Source: Deltaproteobacteria bacterium (GTDB lineage Bacteria; Desulfobacterota; Deferrimicrobia; J040). From it: a stretch of DNA of 40,757 bases. Of this stretch, positions 1 to 8,763 are shown piece after piece. Numbering within the stretch: position 1 is the first letter of the stretch; the number at the start of each line of letters is the position of its first letter. The notes under the pieces are model-generated. The model saw only the letters and a list, made by a program, of their open reading frames with translations. It had not been told where the DNA came from and made no database searches. Location of the stretch: NCBI GenBank assembly GCA_003696505.1, contig RFHC01000074.1:1-40757 (forward strand), written 5' to 3'. The position numbers and the translations under genes were made by a program.

Positions 1-1350
1 CGGATGCTGGAAGGGTACGGCCTGAAGAGGGAGCACCTGAAGCGTGCGAAGGAGAAGGGGGTCAGCCTGGTCGTCACCGTGGACTGCGGTATTTCAGACA
101 TCGATGAAGTGGAAGAGGCCACCTCTTACGGGCTCGACGTCATCGTCACCGACCACCACACGGTCAAGGGGGATATACCCCCCGCACACGCCGTTCTCAA
201 TCCAAAGAGGCCGGACTGTTCCTATCCGATGCGGGACCTGGCGGGGGTGGGAGTCGTCTTCGTCCTCGTCTGCGTTCTGAGAAGGATGATGAGGGAGAGA
301 GGGCTGTTCAGGGGGAAAAGCGAACCGAACCTTCTCAGGTACCTTGACCTCGTCGCTATAGGGACGGTGGCGGACATTGTTCCCCTGCTCGGGGATAACC
401 GGATTTACGTCAGGTATGGTCTGGAGGAGATAAGGAGAAATCCGAGGCCCGGGGTCAGCGCTCTCCTCGACGTGGCGGGGGTGAGGAGGGAGTATTTCGA
501 CGAGGTGGACATCGGTTTTCGCCTCGGCCCCCGGCTCAACGCGGCGGGGCGGATGGGGAACTCCTTTCTCTCCTCCCTCATCCTTGTGGAGGAGTCTCCC
601 CTCCGGGCCATGGAGATGGCGAGACTGCTGGCGGAACAGAACACCGAAAGGCAGAGCGTGGAGGGGGCGATTCTCAGGGAGGCTGAAAGAGCCCTGGAGA
701 GAATTGAACTGGAAGACAGGAGGACAATCGTCCTCTGGCAGGAGGGGTGGCATCCGGGAGTAATCGGTATCGTGGCATCCCGAATTCTCGAGCGATACGG
801 GAGACCGACAATTATCTTCTCCCTCGAGGGGGCCGAAGCCAGGGGCTCGGCGAGAAGCCTCCCCGGGGTCAACATCATGGAGCTTTTGAAGCGGTGCGAG
901 AGGTGGATTGAGACCTATGGGGGACATGCCCAGGCGGCGGGCCTCGTCGTGAGGAGGAGCAACCTGGAGAGTTTCGCCCGGGCCCTCGAAGAAGAGGCAC
1001 GGGGAATCGTGCGGGGGGAAGACCTGGAGAGAGAGATTTGTATTGACGGGGAGGTAACACTGGATGAATTAACGGAAAGGTTTTTCTCTGAAGTGAGTCT
1101 TCTCGCTCCCTTCGGAGAGGGGAATCAGGAACCTCTCTTTCTCGCGAGGGGTGCAAAAATCGTGAATTACGAAAAGAAGAGGAATTATACTTCCTTCAGG
1201 GTTTCTCAGAACGGGGTCGTCCAGGACGTGATTTCCTCTTTCCTCCCTGATGGGATTTCCGCGGGTGATAGAGTGGACATCCTCTTTTCTCCCCGGGAAA
1301 GTGGGCGAGGGAGAGGGAAGCTTTTCCTGAGGGACCTGACGCCATCGTGA
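1..1350 (+). CDS. recJ: Single-stranded-DNA-specific exonuclease RecJ (5' end lies outside the window)
   Basis: The frame is open from base 1 (R-MLEGYGL). RecJ/DHH motifs: TVDCG, TDHH, LAGVGV, AIGTVAD, GPRLNAAGR, WHPGVIGIVASR, GSARS, GGHAQAAG, PFGEGN. Confidence 0.96.
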   Translation, partial: RMLEGYGLKREHLKRAKEKGVSLVVTVDCGISDIDEVEEATSYGLDVIVTDHHTVKGDIPPAHAVLNPKRPDCSYPMRDLAGVGVVFVLVCVLRRMMRERGLFRGKSEPNLLRYLDLVAIGTVADIVPLLGDNRIYVRYGLEEIRRNPRPGVSALLDVAGVRREYFDEVDIGFRLGPRLNAAGRMGNSFLSSLILVEESPLRAMEMARLLAEQNTERQSVEGAILREAERALERIELEDRRTIVLWQEGWHPGVIGIVASRILERYGRPTIIFSLEGAEARGSARSLPGVNIMELLKRCERWIETYGGHAQAAGLVVRRSNLESFARALEEEARGIVRGEDLEREICIDGEVTLDELTERFFSEVSLLAPFGEGNQEPLFLARGAKIVNYEKKRNYTSFRVSQNGVVQDVISSFLPDGISAGDRVDILFSPRESGRGRGKLFLRDLTPS

Positions 1351-1360
1351 GAGATGAGAA

Positions 1361-1813
1361 ATGGCGGGGTTTCAAAAGTTAAAGGATTACATAAAAAAAA
1401 CAATGGAACAGGAGGGTGATGAAAGGAGAATAGCGTTTGGTTTTGCACTCGGAGTTTTCATCAGCTTCACCCCCTTTTTCTCCCTGCACACGATACTCGC
1501 CCTCGTTTTCGCCTTTCTCCTCAGGCTGAACAAAATCGCCACCGTTGCAGGCGCATGGGTTAACAACCCCTATACGGTCCCCTTTATCTACTACCTGTCG
1601 TACAAACTGGGGGCATACCTGATGGGCTGGAGGGTCCCGCCTCCAGACTTCCACAACTTTTCATTCAAGGTTTTTACCCACTACCTGAAGTTTTACGGAG
1701 TGCCGCTGCTCCTCGGGACGTCCATAGCCGGCGCCGTTGCTTCTCTCGTTTCCTTCTATGTTATGTTATATTCAATTCGCGCTCTCCGGCGGAGGAAGAG
1801 GAGGAAGGAGTGA
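1361..1813 (+). CDS. DUF2062-family membrane protein
   Basis: IAFGFALGVFISFTP...LRLNK...WVNNPYT pattern, about 3 hydrophobic helices and a basic C-terminus. Confidence 0.85.
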   Translation: MAGFQKLKDYIKKTMEQEGDERRIAFGFALGVFISFTPFFSLHTILALVFAFLLRLNKIATVAGAWVNNPYTVPFIYYLSYKLGAYLMGWRVPPPDFHNFSFKVFTHYLKFYGVPLLLGTSIAGAVASLVSFYVMLYSIRALRRRKRRKE

Positions 1814-2694
1814 AAGAACTTCACATCAATTTCGGAGCCATTCCGGAAAGGTATTCCGCCTGGAAAACGGCGAGATTCGTCGTGATTCCCGTCCCCTACG
1901 ACGCGACGACGACCTACGTGAGTGGGGCCCGCAACGGTCCCGTGGCGATTCTCAACGCCTCTGCAAATATCGAGCTTTTCGATGACGAGATGAAGCTCGA
2001 GCCTTACCGGGAGGGAATCTTCACCGCCCCCTTCGTCGAGGCAAATCTCTCCTCTGTGGAGACGATGATAAAGGATATCGAAAAGGCCGTCGAGCGTCCC
2101 GTAAAGGCCGGGAAATTTCCCATTATCCTGGGAGGGGAGCACACCGTGACACTGGGGGCTCTCCAGCCGCTTCGGGAGAAGTACGGGGAATTTTCGGTGC
2201 TCGTCCTCGACGCGCACGGAGACCTGAGGGACGAGTATCTGGGGACGAAGTGGAACCACGCCTGCACGACGAGGAGGATTTTCGACATGGGGTTTCCTCT
2301 CGTCCAGGCAGGGGTGAGGAGCCTCTCGGAGGAAGAGGACAGGTTCATCCGGAGGAATGCCCTGAAGACCTATTACGCCCACGAGTTGAAGTTCAACACG
2401 AAGGACGTCATCAACGCCATCATCGCCAACCTGACAGAAAGGGTGTACGTTTCCATTGACCTCGACTTTTTTGACCCGAGCGAGATGCCGGCCGTGGGGA
2501 CGCCTGAGCCCGGCGGGCTCGACTGGTATACGGGTCTCGAGGTTCTCCACGAGGTCTTCAGGAAAAAGGAAGTCATCGGGTTTGACGTGGTGGAGTTGAG
2601 CCCTATTCCCGGGATGGTGGCCCCGGACTTTTTCGCGGCGAAACTCATCTACCGGCTCATGGGATATGCCATCTCATACTCACGAGGAAAGTGA
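1810..2694 (+). CDS. speB: Agmatinase (ureohydrolase family)
   Basis: PYDATT, GARNGP, GGEHTVT, DAHGDLR, HAC, SIDLDFFDP, PAVGTPEPGG and DVVELSP metal-binding motifs. GTG start overlaps the upstream stop, with an AAGGAG-like RBS. Confidence 0.93.
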   Translation: MKELHINFGAIPERYSAWKTARFVVIPVPYDATTTYVSGARNGPVAILNASANIELFDDEMKLEPYREGIFTAPFVEANLSSVETMIKDIEKAVERPVKAGKFPIILGGEHTVTLGALQPLREKYGEFSVLVLDAHGDLRDEYLGTKWNHACTTRRIFDMGFPLVQAGVRSLSEEEDRFIRRNALKTYYAHELKFNTKDVINAIIANLTERVYVSIDLDFFDPSEMPAVGTPEPGGLDWYTGLEVLHEVFRKKEVIGFDVVELSPIPGMVAPDFFAAKLIYRLMGYAISYSRGK

Positions 2695-2709
2695 CGAGCG
2701 GAGGATGCG

Positions 2710-3252
2710 GTGATGTTTGTTCCCACCAAGGTGTTCTTCACGAAAGGGGTTGGACGGCACAGAGAGGAACTTCAGTCTTTCGAACTCGCTCTCAGGGACG
2801 CGGGAATTGAGAAGTTCAACCTCGTTTCCGTGTCGAGCATCTTTCCACCCGGATGTGAAATCATTTCAAAAAACGAGGGCTTGAAACTCCTCAAGCCGGG
2901 ACAGATTGTCTTCGTCGTCCTCTCCCGGCTGACGAGCGACGAACCGAGGAGGCTTATCGCCGCGTCGGTGGGATGCGCCATTCCCGCAGACAGGAGTTCT
3001 TACGGGTATCTGAGCGAACATCACGCCTTCGGACAGTCGGAGAAGGTGGCCGGAGATTACGCCGAGGACATGGCGGCTGCCATGCTCGCTTCCACCCTCG
3101 GTATCGAGTTCGACGAAGATAAATCGTGGGACGAGAAGAAGGAAGTCTGGAAAATAAGCGGGAAGATTTACAAATCTTTCAACGTCACTCAATCGGCAAT
3201 CGTGAAGAACGAGTACACCACCGTCATCGCGGCCGCCGTGTTCGTCCCCTGA
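2710..3252 (+). CDS. pdaD: Pyruvoyl-dependent arginine decarboxylase (alternative start ATG at 2713)
   Basis: [25 protein letters not shown] contains the Ser-Ser self-cleavage site. Also GYLSEHH and a C-terminal TTVIAAAV. Adjacent to agmatinase. Confidence 0.93.
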   Translation: MMFVPTKVFFTKGVGRHREELQSFELALRDAGIEKFNLVSVSSIFPPGCEIISKNEGLKLLKPGQIVFVVLSRLTSDEPRRLIAASVGCAIPADRSSYGYLSEHHAFGQSEKVAGDYAEDMAAAMLASTLGIEFDEDKSWDEKKEVWKISGKIYKSFNVTQSAIVKNEYTTVIAAAVFVP

Positions 3253-3273
3253 TAGGGGAGAAGGGAGTGAAAA

Positions 3274-4266
3274 ATGAGAGGTGCCAGGATAATCGGGACG
3301 GGAAGATACCTCCCCTCGAGGGTGGTGCCCAACGTGGAACTGGAAAATTACATGGACACCTCAGACGAGTGGATACAGCAGAGGACAGGGATAAAGGAAA
3401 GGCGTTACGTCCAGGAAGGGGAATCGTCCGCCACCATGGGCGCGGAAGCCGCGAGAAAAGCACTGGAAAAGGCCGGTCTTTCGCCTGAAGACGTCGATTT
3501 CGTCGTTTTCGCGACGCTCTCACCCGACTACTTCTTCCCCGGGTGCGGGGTCCTCGTCCAGGATATGCTCGGCCTGAGAGAGGTGGGCGCCCTTGACGTG
3601 AGGAACCAGTGCTCGGGTTTCATCTACGCGCTTCAGGTGGCGGAGTCTCTCGTGAAGGTGGGGAGGTACGACCACGTCCTCGTCATCGGCGCAGAGGTCC
3701 ACAGCACGGGTCTCGATTTCTCGACAGAGGGGCGGGATGTAACCGTCATATTTGGCGATGGTGCAGGGGCGGTCGTCGTCGGACCTTCAGACCCGGGGGA
3801 GGGTATCCTGGGGACCTGGACTCATTCTGAAGGGAAGTACGCGAAGCAGCTCTGGTGCGAGGCTCCATCGAGCGCCTGCAACCCGAGAATATCCGAGGAG
3901 ATGCTGAGAGAGCGCCGCCACTTCCCCTACATGAACGGCAGATACGTCTTCACCCACGCGGTGAAGAGGTTTTCTGAAGTCATTTCCGAGGCCCTGGAGG
4001 AGTGCGGATACGCTCTGGAGGACCTGGACCTTCTCATCCCTCACCAGGCGAACCTTCGCATCAGTCAGGCTGTGGCGAAAAACCTGGGGTTATCTGAAGA
4101 GAAGGTTTTCAGCAATATTCAGAAGTACGGAAACACAACGGCGGCATCGATTCCCATCGCTCTCGACGAGTGTGTCGAGGAGGGGAGAGTTTCCCGGGGA
4201 GACCTGGTCTGCCTGGCTTCTTTCGGTTCAGGTTTTACCTGGGCGTCCGCGCTCGTCCGATGGTGA
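3274..4266 (+). CDS. fabH: 3-oxoacyl-ACP synthase III (KAS III)
   Basis: DTSDEWIQQRTGIKERR, NQCSGF (catalytic Cys), FGDGAGA, PHQAN (His), GNTTAASIP (Asn), FGSGFTW. Confidence 0.93.
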   Translation: MRGARIIGTGRYLPSRVVPNVELENYMDTSDEWIQQRTGIKERRYVQEGESSATMGAEAARKALEKAGLSPEDVDFVVFATLSPDYFFPGCGVLVQDMLGLREVGALDVRNQCSGFIYALQVAESLVKVGRYDHVLVIGAEVHSTGLDFSTEGRDVTVIFGDGAGAVVVGPSDPGEGILGTWTHSEGKYAKQLWCEAPSSACNPRISEEMLRERRHFPYMNGRYVFTHAVKRFSEVISEALEECGYALEDLDLLIPHQANLRISQAVAKNLGLSEEKVFSNIQKYGNTTAASIPIALDECVEEGRVSRGDLVCLASFGSGFTWASALVRW

Positions 4267-4721
4267 AAGGGATTTCCCTTCGCCGAATGAGACACGGGGA
4301 CGTCCCCGGAGTAATGGATATCGAAAAGAGAAGTTTTACCTCCCCGTGGGGCGCGCACCTTTTTCACGAAGAGGTGGACCGCGACTTCTCTCATCCCGTC
4401 GTGGCGGTTGACGAGGAAACGGGACGCGTCGTCGGGTACATCATCTTCTGGGTCGTCTACGACGAGTGCCACATTCTCAACATCGCCGTGGACCCGGAAA
4501 GGCGGAGGCAGGGAATCGGTGAAGCGTTGATGAGACATTGCGAGGAGGTGGCGCGGGCAAAGAGAGTTCCTTACATCTACCTGGAGGTGAGGGAGAGCAA
4601 CAGACCCGCCATATCTCTTTATAAAAAACTGGGGTACAGGTTTTTCGGTCTGCGCAGGGGATATTATACGGACACGAAGGAAGACGCCCTCGTGATGGCC
4701 AAGTTTCTCCGGAGGGAGTGA
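4260..4721 (+). CDS. rimI: Ribosomal protein S18 N-acetyltransferase (GNAT)
   Basis: IEKRSFTSPW, HILNIAVDP, RRQGIG, LEVRESNRPAISLYKKLG, RRGYYTDTKEDALVM. Start placed at ATG 4260, overlapping the end of fabH, instead of 4170. Confidence 0.9.
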   Translation: MVKGISLRRMRHGDVPGVMDIEKRSFTSPWGAHLFHEEVDRDFSHPVVAVDEETGRVVGYIIFWVVYDECHILNIAVDPERRRQGIGEALMRHCEEVARAKRVPYIYLEVRESNRPAISLYKKLGYRFFGLRRGYYTDTKEDALVMAKFLRRE

Positions 4722-4722
4722 C

Positions 4723-5526
4723 GTGGACTTTTTTACCGGCACCGTCGTTTCGAACAGAGTCATCTCCGAGAAGTGTCACCTCATGAAGGTTGAGACGGAG
4801 AAGGTCCTCGACTACAAACCGGGTCAATTCATCATGGTGAGGGGGTGGAAGGGATTCGACCCTCTTCTCCCGAGACCATTTGCGATATACAACTGGAGGG
4901 AAGAAGAGGGAAGGCCGATTCTCTCTTTCGTCTTCAAGGTCGTCGGTCGGGGGACGTCGATTCTCTCGGGTCTGAGGGAGGGGGACAGGGTCCAGGTAAA
5001 CGGCCCTCTCGGAAACGGTTTTTCCCCGCCTGAGGGGAAGGAGAGGTTCATCCTGGCAGGTGGGGGAATCGGTTTCAGCGCCGTCCTTCCCGTTGCCCGG
5101 AGCCTCGTCGATTCCGGGAAGGATGTGAGAGTCCTCCTCGGGGCGAGGACGGCCGGGGAAATTCCGCGAATCGGGTACGTGGAGGAGGCAGACCGGGACC
5201 ACCTCCTCATCACCACCGACGATGGGAGTTTCGGAGAAAAGGGAATCGTCACCGACTTCCTGGAGAGGGAGCTTGAGGAGGTCGGGGAGAAGGAGAGGAC
5301 CCTCCTCTTCGCGTGTGGCCCTCCCCGGATGCTGAAGAAAGTTCAGGAACTGGCGGAGAGGTTCGGTATCGAAACCTACCTTTCTCTCGAGAATTACATG
5401 GCCTGCGGTTTCGGCGTTTGCCTGGGGTGTGTCGTAGACAGGAGGACTGAGGAGGGAATCATCCGCGTCAGGGTCTGCAGGGAGGGACCCATCTTCCGGA
5501 GCAGCGAGGTGGAGATTTATGATTGA
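4723..5526 (+). CDS. pyrK: Dihydroorotate dehydrogenase electron transfer subunit
   Basis: PGQF, LPRPF, GPLGNGF, GGGIG, ACGP, and the [2Fe-2S] motif MACGFGVCLGC...VCREGP. Directly upstream of pyrD. Confidence 0.93.
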   Translation: MDFFTGTVVSNRVISEKCHLMKVETEKVLDYKPGQFIMVRGWKGFDPLLPRPFAIYNWREEEGRPILSFVFKVVGRGTSILSGLREGDRVQVNGPLGNGFSPPEGKERFILAGGGIGFSAVLPVARSLVDSGKDVRVLLGARTAGEIPRIGYVEEADRDHLLITTDDGSFGEKGIVTDFLERELEEVGEKERTLLFACGPPRMLKKVQELAERFGIETYLSLENYMACGFGVCLGCVVDRRTEEGIIRVRVCREGPIFRSSEVEIYD

Positions 5527-6439
5527 CCTTTCTGTCCAGATAGGAAAGAGCAGGTTCAAAAATCCCGTGTTCACCGCTTCGGGAACCTTCGGCTATGGAC
5601 TGGAGTTTTCCGTTTTTTACGACATATCTCAACTCGGCGCGGTAACGGTTAAGGGCCTCTCCCTCGAACCCGTGCCGGGGAATCCGGGCCCGCGTATTTT
5701 CGAGACTCCTTCGGGAATGCTCAACGCCATCGGGCTTCAGAACGTTGGCGTCCGGGAATTCGTCCGCTCTTACCTTCCCCGATTGAGAGAACTGGGGGCA
5801 ACGGTGATTGCGAACGTCTACGGGAAGACGGAGGAGGAGTATGCATCCGTTGCTGCCATTCTGGACGAGGCCGAGGGGGTGGAGGCTGTTGAACTGAACA
5901 TATCCTGTCCCAACGTGAAGGAGGGAGGGATTGCCTTCGGGGCAAACCCTCTCCTCGCGCACAATGTCGTCTCGGCGGTGCGAAAGGCGACGGAAAAAAC
6001 CCTCATCGTGAAGCTCTCTCCCAATGTGACGGACATAACGGAGATTGCCGTGGCCGTTGAGGAAGCCGGGGCCGATTCCGTATCTCTCATCAACACCCTT
6101 CTGGGAATGGTCATCGACGTGGAGAGGAAAAGGGCGGTGCTGGGAAGCACGACGGGGGGGCTTTCCGGTCCCGCCATCAAGCCGGTGGCATTGAGGATGG
6201 TTTACCAGGTTTCGAAAAAGGTGAAAATTCCCGTCATCGGTATCGGGGGAATAATGACGTACCGGGACGCCCTCGAATTCTTCCTTGCAGGGGCCACGGC
6301 TATTCAGGTGGGGACAGCAAATTTCGTCAACCCCCTCTCTGCGCTCAATATCCTGAAGGATTTGGAAAAATACTTTGAGGACGAAGGGATAGAATCTCTC
6401 TCCCAGTACGTTGGGTCCCTCGCCGAGGTCGAGTCCTGA
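5519..6439 (+). CDS. pyrD: Dihydroorotate dehydrogenase class 1B, catalytic subunit
   Basis: ASGTFGYG, GMLNAIGLQN, ELNISCPN, VKLSPN, INT, GGLSGPAIKP, GIGGI, QVGTA. Confidence 0.96.
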   Translation: MIDLSVQIGKSRFKNPVFTASGTFGYGLEFSVFYDISQLGAVTVKGLSLEPVPGNPGPRIFETPSGMLNAIGLQNVGVREFVRSYLPRLRELGATVIANVYGKTEEEYASVAAILDEAEGVEAVELNISCPNVKEGGIAFGANPLLAHNVVSAVRKATEKTLIVKLSPNVTDITEIAVAVEEAGADSVSLINTLLGMVIDVERKRAVLGSTTGGLSGPAIKPVALRMVYQVSKKVKIPVIGIGGIMTYRDALEFFLAGATAIQVGTANFVNPLSALNILKDLEKYFEDEGIESLSQYVGSLAEVES

Positions 6440-6465
6440 ATCCCTGAAATAGGGGAAATGTCCTC

Positions 6466-6494
6466 TTGATATCCTGGGGGAAAAGGTGTAATAT
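6466..6494 (+). promoter_or_regulatory. Sigma70-type promoter of the rimP-nusA-infB operon
   Basis: TTGATA (6466-6471), a 17-bp spacer, then TAATAT (6489-6494), in the AT-rich intergenic region after pyrD. Confidence 0.75.
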
Positions 6495-6508
6495 TTAATC
6501 AGTTCTCG

Positions 6509-6537
6509 AAAGTGGGCGAAAAGCCCACTTTTTTTTT
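6509..6537 (+). terminator. rimP-leader premature terminator (attenuator hairpin)
   Basis: AAAGTGGGC-GAAAA-GCCCACTTT stem-loop running into a T9 tract, located between the promoter and the rimP ATG. It has the GGGC...GCCC core typical of rimP leaders. Confidence 0.85.
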
Positions 6538-6568
6538 GATGTTCCTCGCAGGGAGTGCGGACGAACGG

Positions 6569-7015
6569 ATGAGAGAAAAGGTGTGGAAAATAACGGAACC
6601 TCTGGCACAGCAGGAGGGATACGAGCTCGTGGACGTGGAAGTCGTCGGGGCGCCGGGAAATTACATCGTGCGCGTCTACATTGACAGGGAAGGCGGCGTT
6701 ACGATGGGGGACTGCGTTTCCTTCAGCCGCCTCCTGGGGACCGTTTTCGACGTGGAGGACCCCATTCCCACCCGGTACACGCTGGAGGTTTCCTCCCCTG
6801 GCGTCAACAGGGTTTTGAGGAAACCGGAGCATTTTCGGAGGGTTACGGGTCAAAGAGTTCTTATCCGACTCGAGGCACCCGTCGGTGGAAAGAGGCGGGT
6901 GAAGGGGGTGCTCCTTGATGCGACAGACCGGGAGGTCCGGGTGGAAGAAGATGGAGACGAGTTTATTATCGAATATGAAAATATAAAAAAGGCAAATCTC
7001 GTAGTATATGAATAA
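6569..7015 (+). CDS. rimP: Ribosome maturation factor RimP
   Basis: GYELVDVE, VRVYID, GVTMGDC, YTLEVSSPGVNRVL, IKKANL. Start moved to ATG 6569 because the GTG at 6512 lies inside the leader hairpin. Confidence 0.93.
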   Translation: MREKVWKITEPLAQQEGYELVDVEVVGAPGNYIVRVYIDREGGVTMGDCVSFSRLLGTVFDVEDPIPTRYTLEVSSPGVNRVLRKPEHFRRVTGQRVLIRLEAPVGGKRRVKGVLLDATDREVRVEEDGDEFIIEYENIKKANLVVYE

Positions 7016-7036
7016 AAAAGAGCGGGAGAGTTAAAA

Positions 7037-8446
7037 ATGAAAGCCGACCTCAGTCAGATAATCAATTATCTGGGCAAGGAAAAGGGAATCAAGCGGGAGG
7101 TCATCATCGATGCCATCAGAGAGGCCCTCATCCACGCTGCCAAGAAAAGGTACGGAGTTGACCACGAATTCGAGGTGGAGTTCGACGAGGAGACGTCGGA
7201 GTTTCAGGTCTTGAAGATGATAGAAGTGGTGGACGAAGTGAGGGACCCGGAGTTCGAAATGAGCATCGATGAGGCGAGGGAATATGACCCTGACGCGCAG
7301 GTGGGAGACCTCCTCGGCTTCCAGATTAAAACGGAGGAGCTCGGGAGGATAGCAGCCCAGACGGCGAAGCAGATCATATTTCAGAAGATAAGAGACGCCG
7401 AGCGGGAAGTTATCTACGAAGAGTTCAAGGACAAGAAGGGGGATATCGTCAACGGAATCGTCCAGCGAGTGGAAAGGGAATACATGATTATCGACCTCGG
7501 GCGAACAGAGGCCATCATGCCCTACAGGGAACAGGTGAAGAAGGAGAGGTATCGCCAGGGAGACAGGCTCCGGGCTTACGTGAAAGACGTCCAGCTCACC
7601 CAGAGAGGGCCGGAGATAATCCTCTCGCGGACGGACCCCCGTTTCGTCATGAAGCTCTTCGAAATGGAAGTTCCCGAAATTTACGAGGGAATCGTCTCCA
7701 TCGTTTCCATCGCCCGCGAACCGGGTTCCCGGACGAAAGTGGCGGTGAAATCCCGGGACAAGGACGTCGACCCTGTGGGTGCGTGCGTCGGCCTTCGGGG
7801 CACCCGCGTCCAGAAGGTGGTGGAAGAGCTGAAAGGGGAGAAAATCGACATCGTTCAGTGGGACGAAGACCCGGCGAAGTTCGCCTGCAACGCCCTCTCT
7901 CCGGCTGAAATCATCCGCGTTCTCGTGAACGAGTCGGAGAAGACGATGGAAGTTATCGTGCCGCCTGACCAGCTCCAGATAGCGATCGGGAGAAGGGGCC
8001 AGAACGTGAAGCTGGCGTCGAAATTGATCGGGTGGGAAATCAACGTGAGAGAAGAGGGCAGAGCGGAAGAAGCTCTGAAGATGGCAGAAGCCCTTTTCAG
8101 CGGGATAAAGAAGAGCAGCGACGCTCCAGATGAGGAGGCTCCGGCAGAGGAGAGCGAAGTTGCAGAGACTGAACCCTCCACTGAGGAGGCCTCTCAGGGA
8201 GAGGAGCACCTGAATACTCAGGATGAAACCGCTGAGGTGGAGGAAACCGGAGAGCCTTCTGAGACGCTCGAAGCGGAAGGAGAATCGCGGGAAGAGGCGC
8301 TGGCTTCTGCCGAAACTGAGGAAGTTCTCCAGCCCGAAGAGACCGAGGAAAGTTCGTCGGAGGGTGGAGAAGAGGGGGAAGGTGATGCTCCCGCAGAAAC
8401 TTCTCAGACAGAGGAAGGGGGAGAGACGGAGAAGGAGGAAGGGTGA
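7037..8446 (+). CDS. nusA: Transcription termination/antitermination factor NusA
   Basis: GRIAAQTAKQ, S1 domain, LFEMEVPEI, AREPGSRTKVAV, DPVGACVG, AIGRRGQNVKLA. Long acidic C-terminal tail. Confidence 0.97.
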   Translation: MKADLSQIINYLGKEKGIKREVIIDAIREALIHAAKKRYGVDHEFEVEFDEETSEFQVLKMIEVVDEVRDPEFEMSIDEAREYDPDAQVGDLLGFQIKTEELGRIAAQTAKQIIFQKIRDAEREVIYEEFKDKKGDIVNGIVQRVEREYMIIDLGRTEAIMPYREQVKKERYRQGDRLRAYVKDVQLTQRGPEIILSRTDPRFVMKLFEMEVPEIYEGIVSIVSIAREPGSRTKVAVKSRDKDVDPVGACVGLRGTRVQKVVEELKGEKIDIVQWDEDPAKFACNALSPAEIIRVLVNESEKTMEVIVPPDQLQIAIGRRGQNVKLASKLIGWEINVREEGRAEEALKMAEALFSGIKKSSDAPDEEAPAEESEVAETEPSTEEASQGEEHLNTQDETAEVEETGEPSETLEAEGESREEALASAETEEVLQPEETEESSSEGGEEGEGDAPAETSQTEEGGETEKEEG

Positions 8447-8763
8447 AGAAACGGCACGTGCCTGAAAGGTCCTGTGCCGGTTGTGGAGCGAAGAAAGAGA
8501 AGGGGAAGCTCCTTCGTTTCGCAATTAAAAGAAAGGAAGGGAGAATCCTCTTCGACGAGAGGCAGAAGATCGAGGGAAGGGGAATCTACTCTTGCCCCGA
8601 CCCGAAGTGCCTCGGAGACCTCGAAAAGAGGGCGAGGAAAAAAAAGGTGAAGCAGATAAGAGGCATCCCTCTGGATGCGGTCCTCGAAGCGCTGGCCGAT
8701 GCGAAGCGTCACGCTGGCGGAGAGGACGGGAAAAGACTTACAGAGAGAGAAGGGGGTTCCTGA
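8443..8763 (+). CDS. ylxR: YlxR/DUF448 (RnpM-like) RNA-binding protein
   Basis: PERSCAGC...K.KLLRF...GRGIYSC.DPKC, in the conserved position between nusA and infB. Confidence 0.88.
   Translation: MKKRHVPERSCAGCGAKKEKGKLLRFAIKRKEGRILFDERQKIEGRGIYSCPDPKCLGDLEKRARKKKVKQIRGIPLDAVLEALADAKRHAGGEDGKRLTEREGGS

Noticed and set aside
1393-1400. A8 tract in the DUF2062 gene as a phase-variation site
   Set aside because: It is short, in frame, and explained by Ile-Lys-Lys-Thr codons.
6512-6568. Longer RimP start or a leader peptide
   Set aside because: The GTG lies within the terminator stem and has no RBS. The encoded FFLMF comes from the T-tract.
8592-8762. 57-aa N-terminal extension of IF-2 in the ORF track
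   Set aside because: It overlaps ylxR in another frame. The typical IF-2 N-terminus ([13 protein letters not shown]) starts at ATG 8763.
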